The notes below the pieces were generated by a model. That model worked only from the letters and a program-made list of their open reading frames with translations. It made no database searches and had not been told where the DNA came from. 60,000 bases of DNA from Lama glama (lineage: Eukaryota), in NCBI GenBank assembly GCA_028534125.1, contig CM052817.1, positions 107,200,001 to 107,260,000 on the forward strand. The letters are read 5' to 3'. The stretch's first letter is position 1. Every line of letters begins with the position of its first letter. The position numbers were made by a program, and so were the translations under genes. Shown here one piece after another: positions 50,362 to 60,000 of the stretch.

Positions 50362-51843
50362 GGTTCCCGTGAAGCGGTGGTGTCGGTCTTCAGAGCCATG
50401 AACACTGCCTGAGAGAACCAATGGTTTCCAACAGTGGCACCAACGGTACTGCTTCCTGAGAGCTTAGAACATCTGTAACAGTTACTGCAAGGGCTTCCCT
50501 GAACCACCTGACTTCATTTTCGTCACCACACAAGACGGGTTCTGTCGCTCCCCCAGCTTCAGCTCTGACAAGGCACACGGTTAGGAGGCAGTGGGGCTGG
50601 GCCACTGGCCCTGAAAGGACTAGCCACGAGTGTCCACTGGCGGTTAAGGCACCTCTCGTGGGCGGTGTTTTCAGAGGAGTCTCAAAACACGCTTGTCGAA
50701 CAGGCCCCGTCTTTACTTTACAGATGACAAGGCTGAGGTTCTGAGATCTCAAGGTCGCCCACTAACGAGGCAGTGGCAGAGCCTGGACGTTACCCCGGTT
50801 ACGTCCAGTGGTGTCCCTGTGATGCCGCACTGCCACCTCCGAAGACAGCCGGATGGTGTCTCAGGGCTCCTTTTTGCAGGACACAGAAGCCCCGACTTGC
50901 AGAATGCAGTGTGACTGGAGGTTCGGTCACAGGAGCTCATGAAAATCACTGCTCCATAAATGGCAGGTGCAGGTAGCTAATCTTCCGGTTCCTACTCCGT
51001 GGGTGATAGCGCTGCATCTTTTGCGGGGGCCGGAAGGGAAGTGACGGCTGTGTGGTATGGGGCAGAAGCGCAGAGAGCAGCATCGAGCAGAGGGAGGGCA
51101 GGCGGACGGGGATGCGGGCGGCTCGCTCACCCACCTGCATCTGCTCCAGCCAGCGGGCTCTCCCAGGACACACGCCCTTCAGCTGCCTCTTGCTTTGGAA
51201 ACCTCCCTCCCTCCCTCTCTAAGTACGTTTTCCCTCAATCTCTGCACACACATGTACGCGCACACACACACGGATTTCTTTTGCATATTATTCAAGCAGA
51301 GCTGTCATCATTTTCTAGGAGATGCTGGGCGCTGCCTGCTGCTTGTATTTAATGTAATGTTACCAAAATGGTTTAAAATCCCATTTGACAAGGAATGATT
51401 GCTACCATCTTCTGTGGGTCTGGTGCGTCCCCATTTTCAGTGTTGACACAGACCATATCCTATTTTATCTGTAACAACCCGGGGAGGACAGTCCCCAAAC
51501 ACACGGGACTGCAGTCCCTTCTGAAACCAGCTTGCTTGGCATGGATGGAATAAAAGGAAAACCAGTGAGTTCTCCGGAGGAGGATTTTCAATCTCCCTTC
51601 CTGCGTGGTCCCTGCCTCTACACCTTACTTACTTTTCTACAGAACTTGTTCAGAAAGCTGTGTGTGGTTCCACGTCCCCTGTCTCACGGGAGAGCCACTG
51701 AGACTGAGATCTACCCTGGGTGCCGCTCTTCTGTCGCAGGTCTGATTCCACTGATCTAACCTCCAATTATGGCACAAGCAGTCCACGGGAGCTCGGGCTG
51801 CACAGTCACCATACCAAGGGCCGTGTCCTCTGGCCATACTTAC

Positions 51844-52044
51844 GAAGTCGGCAGGGAGGTGCAGCTTGTACAGTTGCAGGATGGACTGGAGCAGGCTGGA
51901 CACCTGGCTGGACACAAGGACCTCCTGGCCGAGTTTTGAGTCGTCCACCACCTTCCTCTGGCTCGTGGCCACCTGGACGCTCCACTTCTCCGTGTCGGCA
52001 ACGATGCAGACGGCCTCGGCGATGGGCTCGTCCAGCACGGGGTG
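51844..52044 (-). CDS. FNIP2: FNIP2 third-last coding exon, [67 protein letters not shown]
   Basis: Minus-strand acceptor cttcccccgcag| and donor |gtaagt. 201 nt (67 codons). Matches the FNIP C-terminal domain, FNIP2-type sequence. Confidence 0.96.
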
Positions 52045-52984
52045 CTGCGGGGGAAGCACAGGGTCAGCTCTTCCCGGGTGTCACCCAGAGCATCCAGAAG
52101 TTTCTGAGCAGCATCAGACAGAGGGGTGGGAGGGGGTGACGGGCGCCCCAGGAGTAGGGAGCTTCCCAGAGACTCACACAGGGTGTCATCGGACTGTCAT
52201 GTAAAAATTTACTTGACAGAAATGGCAAGCAATCATTATTTCCCTGTGGCACCAGGAGACACAATGTAATGTCATTGGGGGTTCACAGAAATGTGCAAAG
52301 GCACATGCTCTCCCTCCAGCCCCGGACATTAAAGTCCACTTCCTTCTGCAACACTGCACCCTCTTTTTAAAATGGACACTTAGAACGAGGGGTAGGATTC
52401 TACTCCTAGGAACAAGGTCTGGCAGGTCACATCATTCCCTGGAAGGCATGGCCTGAATCACAAAGCAGTGTGGATTCAGTAACCGCGTGCTACAGGCGTA
52501 GATCAGCTCTGACTGCCTACAGGAATCAGATGTGGGTGGCGAGTCACTTATCTGGACGGGGCCAAAAAGTCCAAGTACAGCTCCTGAAGAACAGACTTAA
52601 GACACAAACACCCAGGAGCTGCGCAGTGACAAGAGCCGTGCCCCAGGGCAGACGGGGTGACCGCGGACGCAGCCAAGGAAAAGGGCCTAAAAAATTGAAT
52701 TCCTTGAAACTGATCACCATATGACTGCCTCCCTGCCAGGCCCTGTGCCACACAGGTTGAGCGTCCACACGTGCGCAAACCAGCAGCACAAGGCCGCCTC
52801 CCGGCCGCAGGACAGAAGCAAGGAGGCGAGTGGGCGAGGGTACAGGCAGACACACCCTGCAGCCAACGTCCTCGCAAACATCCTCTGACCCTCCTTTACC
52901 AAAGGAAACCGGGTCTGGCCTCGTCCCCTGTGCGGTCCCTTCCCTGCCCGGTGGTGGCCACTGTCGCTTTGGCTACTGAGTCTA

Positions 52985-53355
52985 GCTTCCTCCCAATTTC
53001 CCTTTGGAGAAGGATCTTTCCTGGGTAAGTCCTGGAGGGCCGCCTACCCTCCACCGCGCTGTGGTAACACGACCCAGGCGAGGCCGATTAGATGCTCCGG
53101 GGATGCCCAGCGGTCCCCCCATAGCAGGGGGTCAGGAGGCCCAGGGTGCTTGGTGCCACCGTGTTCCTGGCCAGACAGCAGCTCCTACAGACCCCTCAGG
53201 GAGTTCCTGGTCCCCGACTTCCCGAGATGCCTCGTTCTCCGTCTGGCCAAGCCTAGTTCGTTGGTCTTCTTATCATTTCTAAGACTCCCTGATATTCTTC
53301 CAATAAAGTCCCTTCTGCTTAAATTAAGAGTCGGTTCCTGCTGCTTGCAGCGAAG
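52985..53355 (+). mobile_element. Old ERVL-class LTR relic (LTR16/MLT-like)
   Basis: acacgacccaggcgaggccgattaga and ccaataaagtcccttctgcttaa...gtcggttcctgctgcttgcagc terminal motif. Confidence 0.55.
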
Positions 53356-53477
53356 GAGACACACAGCACACAGCCCCGCCGCGGACAACCGTGGCCTGGG
53401 ATTTTTACGACAGCACTTGGGGCTGGGAGGGAGGCTGATGTCGGAAACCCCAGGTGTTGGCTGTCATACTGTACCCT

Positions 53478-53619
53478 TTTTTTTTTCTTAGTTTTTTAAA
53501 AACATTTTTTATTGAGTTATAGTCATTTTACAATGTTGTGTTGAATTCCAGTGTAGAGCACAATTTTTCAGTTACACGTGAACATACATATATTTGTCAC
53601 TTTTTTTTTTCACTGTGCT
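53478..53619 (-). mobile_element. Short L1 3' terminus
   Basis: tttttattgagttatagtcattttacaatgttgtg. Imperfect TSD atactgtacc / acactgtact. Confidence 0.8.
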
Positions 53620-55252
53620 ACACTGTACTTTTAACAGGCGACCTGGCTCCCCAGTTTGGGGCTTTTTCCCCTGCCTCGCTTTGCATTCTTTCTCACAGAT
53701 GAGGAAGGAGGGACTGGTGGGCTGAATGAGACCCGTGTTGGGGCCGACATTTTTCCTCTATCACACCCAGGAGGGAGACTGTCAGGACTTAAAATGTGTT
53801 TCCCATTGCAAAGAAGAGCCGATCAGGCAAGTCTAATGGCCAGACCTTTCCTTAAGCGTCTGTTCAACGAATCTTAAACGTGAGAAGTGAAGAATGTGGC
53901 AAGGCGGCTTCTGGAATGAATGAAGCCCAGTTTCCCAAGGATGGTTCTCACTTTACAGACATGGAAGCCAAACTGTACAAACGCCACACACATGATGACC
54001 CGAAGTCCCGCTCCCACCTGAAGGCTTCTGCGACCCCGACTCCTGCTCTTCCGAGACAGACACACACACACGCACCAAAACAGGGAATGCGGAAGGACGG
54101 GGTGACTGCAGCGACTTCCCTTTACCAGTTCCTGCAAGTTCTTGCTCAATCCGCGTCACAAATTCACGGCAAGATGACAATGCCTTGTCATCGGCGTAAC
54201 CTGGTCCTTAGTGAAGTCTGTCAGGTAGGTCTTTTAAGTTCACAGTTGTACCAAGTTCACGCACACACCGGGTACAAACAAGAGCCACTCACCAGCAGTG
54301 ACACACGTGGCACCGTGCTTCTGAGAAAGGAACACTCTAACAAGTGCTGCAGACCACGAGGTGATGATTCAAACACCTGTCAGACCCCTGACCTCCGCAG
54401 CTGTCCTTAGAACTTGGTTCTGATGGTCACCAAAGAGCAAAGGTTCTGACGTCAGGGAGGACAGGGCTGGGGCACTGCCTCTGTCCCTTGCCAGCTGAGG
54501 GCCGCCCAGCTTCCACATCTGTGAAATGTGATGGCACTTAAGTCACAGAGTCTGTGAGAAAAACGTGTCTGCCATGTTAATCTTGTCTCCAAAACCCTGC
54601 GACCTCTTAACATACCACACTGCCATTTCCCTCAGCGATGCATCAATCTGCTCCAGCTCGGCCCCCGAAATGCTCCAGTGCAGACTTGTCTTTTTCCACC
54701 TTAGAGCTCTCCGCGCCTGCGCCCACCTGCCACCCCGGGCTCCCTGAGAAGGGCCCCCTTGTCCGGGGAGGGAGGGCGCCTGCTCTTATCAGGCTGTCCC
54801 TGAATGTCTCCCCAGCTCCCTTCTAAACGGTCCGGGTCCTCAGGGACACAGCTTGGGTCCAGTCTCCTTGGCACCCCACGTTCACCATCAGGCATTTAAT
54901 CACTGTCTTAACGTGCTCGCGATTTCACATCTGTTTGTCTCCTCAGTGATGGCATAAGTCATTCCAGGAGAGAAGTCACATTTTTCTTCCGTAGCCTCTG
55001 AAATGAGCGTAACAACACGTCAGGCGTGGGCTAGCTATCTGATACAGGCCAGCCCTGGCGAATAATCCTCTGCTCAGATTTCTTCATTTTTAAGGTCAAT
55101 CCAGTTCCTGTTAAGTCATCTGCACAACCGTCAAGATCGTTCTCTTCCACGTCCCACGTTTAAATGACCAAACTTTCACATGGTTACTTACTTCTCATTT
55201 AAGAGGCAGAAACTACCACCCCCCACGTACGTGTCCTTCAGCTACTGATGAG

Positions 55253-55275
55253 TTCATTTTTTAAAAATTGTCTTC

Positions 55276-55318
<43 letters not shown>

Positions 55319-55428
55319 TGCAGGGGGAGGTGATTAGGTTTACTTATTTATTTATCTTAGAGGAGGCACTGGGGACTGAACCCAGGACCTCAAGCTCACG
55401 CTCCACCACCGAGCCACACCCTCCACCA
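55253..55428 (-). mobile_element. tRNA-derived camelid SINE with (TTA)n tail and internal deletion
   Basis: gtgattaggtttact...ctggggactgaacccaggacctc. TSD gctactgatgag / gcgactgatgag. Confidence 0.82.
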
Positions 55429-56157
55429 GCGACTGATGAGCGCATCACGCCATCTCCCCCGTGGGGGCCCAGGGCAGCTCTGCGCTACCGGGAGAAACAC
55501 ACGGACACAAAATACAAGAGCTCACGACGTATCCTGGCGTGTCAGAAACGGAATCTAGGACGTCATCCAATTGCCTCTGACATTTTAGCTCGAGTCTGCC
55601 AAGCCGTCTCCTTTGAAACCTGAGGACCTGGTTGGGGTGGAAGTCCCTCGGAGATAAGACTGTGACAGTGTGTGCGACGGTTGCAATGTTATGTCAAGAG
55701 GAGAGAACATGGTTGCCTCTGATGTGACTTGGCCAAGAAACTTCCCGTCTTTATGCCGCTGGCATGGCCCAATGTCTACTCTCAACAGAGCCTCTGTGAG
55801 CCCTCAAGGGGCAGCCCGGAGTGTGCAGCAGACGACAGGCGTGCAGACGGGCGTCATACTCCCCGCCGGCCCCACACTCTGCACACGACCGACAACTGCA
55901 GACTTAACCACAGGACAAGCCACCAGGCAGCCTCTTCCACACACAAGGGGGCAGGTGATTGGTGATTTGGGGGCTAGGAAGGAATTTTTCTCTGAAATAT
56001 TCTAGATTATAGAACATAAGATTCTTGGGGATCATGTAAGCACCAACTTGTTAGCCGTCCTATAGAGGATAACTCTGGCAAGTTCCATAGCTTGATTAAA
56101 CTGAACTTGAGTAAGAGGATGCTGCGTGAGAAAACACCTTTCAAAGAGACCCTCACC

Positions 56158-56654
56158 CAACGGCCCACACAACTTAGTAACAAAAACCCAACCTAATCCC
56201 AAAATGGGCAGAAAACCTAAACAAGCAGTTCTCTGGTGAAAACATATGAATGACCAATAGGCACACGAAAAAATGCTCAATATCGCTAATTATCAGAGAA
56301 ATGCAAATCAAAACTACCATGAGGTATCACCTCACACCAGTCAGAAAGGCCATCATTCAAAAGTCCATGAATGATAAATGCTGGAGAGGCTGTGGGGAAA
56401 GGGAACCCTCCTACACTGCTGGTGGGAATGCAGGTTGGTGCAGCCACTGTGGAAAACAGTATGGAGATTTCCCAAAAGACTAAAAATAGACTTATCATAT
56501 GATCCAGCAATCCTGCTCCTGGGCATATATCTGGAGGAAACTCTAATTTGAAAAGATGCATGCACCCTAGTGCTCATAGAGCACTATTTACAATAGCCAA
56601 GACATGAAAACAGCCTAAATATCCATCGACAGATGACTGGATACAGAAGGTGTG

Positions 56655-56708
<54 letters not shown>

Positions 56709-57205
56709 CGGAATACTACTCAGCCACAAAAAATAAAATAATGTCATCTGCAGCAACATGGATGGACCTGGAGATCATTTGAAATGAAATAAGCCAGACA
56801 GCGAAACAAAAATACCATATGATATCCCTCATATGTGGAATCTAAAAAAAGGAAAGGGAAAAAAAAGGACACTATGAACTCATCTACAAAACAAAAACAG
56901 ACTCACAGACTTAGTAAACAATCTTACGGTTATCAGGGGAAAAGGGGTGAGAGGGGATAAATTGGGGAGTTTGAGATTTACAAATGTTAGCCACTATATG
57001 AAAATAGACTTTAAAAATTTCTTCGGTATAGCACAAGGAGGTATGTTCAATATCTTGTAATAACATTTAATGAAAAAGAATATGAAAATGAATACATGTA
57101 CGTATATGTATGACTGGGGACACTGTGCTGTACGCCAGAAACTGACACATTGTAACTGATGGCACTTCAATAAAAACAAAAAATAAAAATCAAACAAAAA
57201 AACCC
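56158..57205 (+). mobile_element. 5'-truncated L1 (about 1.05 kb) with ORF2 C-terminal remnant and internal (GT)n at about 56657-56706
   Basis: ORF 56250..56483 ([26 protein letters not shown]...KCWRGCG) is L1 ORF2. AATAAA and A-tail. Perfect 16-bp TSD caaagagaccctcacc (56142-56157, 57206-57221). Confidence 0.95.
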
Positions 57206-59527
57206 CAAAGAGACCCTCACCGATGGTGACAGCACCATGACTTAGTGACAGCAGCCTTCGTGTGGCTTCAAGTAAGGCTCTGACTGGTCGCAAAGAGAAA
57301 ACGGGTGATTCTTGCCATGATGGTCACCTTCTCAGCATCCGCTCTTGGTTAAATATCCTCAGATCCCCTATGTTATCCTTCTGTGTCCTTAGGAGCCAAG
57401 GCCCACCTCCATCACCACACCTCCATGTCCTTGAACTGAAGATTTAAGCAAGCTAAGCTAGTCCTTGGCCAACCCACCCACTTCTGGACGGCTGAGAGCC
57501 GCCTGCCAGGATGCAGATGTGTGGACTGCTGACCAGTGCCCAGTCTCACATCCACGCAGAGGAAAGAGCCCTGCTGGTCACCTGCCTCCTCCTGTCTATA
57601 CAACCATCCAGAATACAAGATACTAAATTTCCAGCATCCTGACTTCCCTGATGTCAGATTTACAGAGATGGACAGACAGAACCTCCCACGGCGGCCAGGC
57701 TGGCCCTTCCTATGGTGAGTCTGAAGCTCCTGCAGCCAGCCCTGCCCCCTTGCCCTCTCCCGGCTCATCCCCACTGCAGACGCCCCCTCCTCCAGGAAGC
57801 CTCTGTGCATCGCCCCATGCCTCCCCCTACAGTGGGCTCTCTGTATCACCTGTTGGATTTTGGTCCCTGAAGGACAGGGGCTGTGTCCTCTCTGCTGCTG
57901 CTGAGAGTTTCCTTCATCCTTGACGTCCCGGAACTCAATGTGGGTTTCTCTCTATTCACCCTACTTGGGAGTTAGTGGGCTCCTTTAATCTGAACGATCG
58001 CAGTCATGCTTTCTTCCCACACTGTTTCTCTTTCTCCCCTTCTGTATGTGCTACAAAATCATCCCGTTTCAGCCTCCACGTCTCTTACTTGCTCTCTCAT
58101 AATTTTTCCTGTATTTTTGTCTCAGAGCTACAGAGAGAGAGCGTTGTACCGAGTGTCTCCTTCATGAATTCTAATTCTCTCTGGCTGTATTTAATCTGCT
58201 CTGCTTTTTAACCTGTCCCTTGAGTTTTAACTTCCATGACTGTATTTTTCCATTTTAGCAGCTCTTTTTAGTTCTTTAACAAATCTACACAATCATGTGT
58301 TGTATCAGACCATCTTTTCTCAAGGTTCTGGTTCCTTCTTTTTACACTGGAGCCATTTTAAAGTAGTTACTCGGCAGTTGTTTCAGATTATTCTAGGAGG
58401 GCGAAGCCTCCTGCCTGTACCCCTGCATCATGGCTGGTAATTTCTAACCGTGAGTCCATCTTGCTGGAGTTGTTTGTTTTATGTTCCACGTGTGTTCCCT
58501 GGAAGCAGGTCCTCCACTGGTGGTGGAGGAGAGAGAATTGATCGTTCTGGTCTACCAGACACTGCTGAGGGAGCCTGTGGCTGGGGTACAGGGGAGACAC
58601 CTGCCCTTCTGCCTGTTCCTGCCGGGTGCCCTGCAGACCCATGTGCCGCTCCGGGGATGCCACAGAAGGCAGGCCAGTCACTTGCGGAGGAAGGAGACAG
58701 CTTAAAGTCAAGGGAAGGGGCTCAGGGTCAAAAAGGTCATTGGAGTAAAGTTCTGTGAGGATGTGTGTGATGCCAAAATAAAATGTGAGAAGGCTAGGAG
58801 CTTTTTTTTTTTTTTTCAGAGAATGGCACAGACATCCAAATATTTTGCACACAATGAAAAAATTGGGGAAAACATCAAAATCAGCAACGTGTCTAATATT
58901 TACAAAATACAAGAGGAATTATGCCTGAGAGACATAGACAAACTTTTTATTCTCCTTTAGGGGAAGAAAATGAGCACAAAAGCCAGAGCGTCATATCTGA
59001 AAGCATCACCCTCCCCCTTCACCCTCTAAAGAAAGGCCCTCGTCTGCTTCTCTCACTCTGGAAGGCAGGGTCATGGCCACGATCACAGCCTTACGTGGAG
59101 GAGCCCGCACCCCCACACCCAGTCCTGTGGGAACCCTTGGATGTCCTGGAGCCTGGGAGAGGTGCTGGGACACACAGGGGTGCACGCAGCCCCCCTCCTG
59201 CCCTGGGGCCCATAGGCCTGGCGGGACAAGGACGTGCCAAGGGGCCTGGGGTGGCTTCAAAGAAGAGGCAATGTTGGAGCAGGTCCTGTAGAAGGAACAG
59301 AGGCTGGTCCGACGATGCCAGAGGGAGAGGGAGTCAGGGAGGGCAGGCCAGGAGGAGACGGGCCATTGAAGGATGGCTCATGGCATACTGTGCCGGAAAG
59401 GAGGCACGTGCAGGGCTGTGAGCGTGTGTGTCCACATCCGAGGACATAAAAGGGGCAATTCTAGCCAAGGAGCCTGGATGCTGCTCTCCAGGAGAAATGG
59501 CCCGGGAGAGAGAAGAGTAAACGATCA

Positions 59528-59661
59528 GGGGGGAGGGTGCAGCTCAGTGGTGGGGTGTGTGCTTAGCATGCACGAGGTCCCGGGTTCAACCCCCAGTACC
59601 TCTGTGAAAAATAAATAAATAAACCTAATTATCTCCCCCACCAACAAAGATTGGGGAAAAA
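59528..59661 (+). mobile_element. tRNA-derived camelid SINE
   Basis: gggagggtgcagctcagtgg...gcttagcatgcacgaggtcccgggttcaacccccagtacctc. Imperfect TSD agagtaaacgatca / aaagtaagcaatca. Confidence 0.88.
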
Positions 59662-60000
59662 AAAGTAAGCAATCAAATCCACATTGGAGGAGGAGCCCTC
59701 CGTGGCCCCGTGCAGGACGATTGGACGCAGGTGCTGGCTGGAAGGTCACTGCGCTCACGGTGAGGAGGGAGGGGGCCATGAAGCCCGCAGACTGGAGCGG
59801 GCGCTACGGGAGAGATCAGTACTGTTTCCACGTCGTTAGAACGACAGTCCGCTATAGGAGACACATGTTAACATCATACCCAGTTTGCACGCTTATACTG
59901 AGTGTCCATCGGTGCCTGTGTGTCTGTACACGTGCACACACGCCCCGAAGGTTTCACTGGATGGTAAGACGGCGCTGCAGGCCCGTGGCCCCGCCACACA

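Noticed and set aside
50783..50808. Inverted repeat ctggacgt...acgtccag
   Set aside because: Only an 8-bp stem, at the edge of a MIR-like relic, too short for a pre-miRNA or other structured RNA call.
53874..54410. 176-aa ORF on + (similarly 58388..58912 and 58921..59421)
   Set aside because: No recognisable homology or exon structure; intronic in FNIP2.
59670..59760. Minus-strand frame reading HLRPIVLHGATEG, loosely like the FNIP2 'VLHG' motif of the preceding exon
   Set aside because: The surrounding residues do not match and no suitable splice donor was seen. The real upstream exon probably lies beyond the window.
1..60000. CRISPR array, prokaryotic operon, intact retrovirus or other novel multi-gene system
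   Set aside because: No repeat-spacer array, no long intronless genes and no gag/pol/env remnants were recognised. Spliced mammalian exons and mammalian repeats explain the window.

Overview
Mammalian genomic DNA, very probably a camelid (camel/alpaca/llama/vicuna), judged from at least eight copies of a tRNA-Ala-like SINE of the vic-1 type. The window holds the interleaved 3' ends of two convergent genes. On the + strand are three exons of SPMIP2 (C4orf45, sperm microtubule inner protein 2): 12377-12435, 39810-39999 and a probable terminal exon from 50217. On the - strand are the last three coding exons of FNIP2 (folliculin-interacting protein 2): 52044-51844, 48451-48336 and 47297-47219, followed by a 3' UTR of about 3.4 kb. 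The rest is intron containing 5'-truncated L1 ends, SINEs, MIR/L2 relics, ERV/MaLR LTRs, hAT-type MITEs and microsatellites. I found no evidence of a wholly new biological system, and almost all ORFs in the track are spurious. The most interesting observations are: (1) a strong local AT-to-GC shift around the FNIP2 3' end, visible even in a neutral L1 remnant; (2) an identical 15-mer present twice in the FNIP2 3' UTR that overlaps a miR-25/92 8mer site with AAUAAA; (3) the SPMIP2 last exon nested antisense in a FNIP2 intron, apparently with an extended C-terminus; (4) two retrotranspositions stacked at one target site. Gene and repeat names rest on recalled sequences, not database searches, and boundaries of old repeats are approximate.
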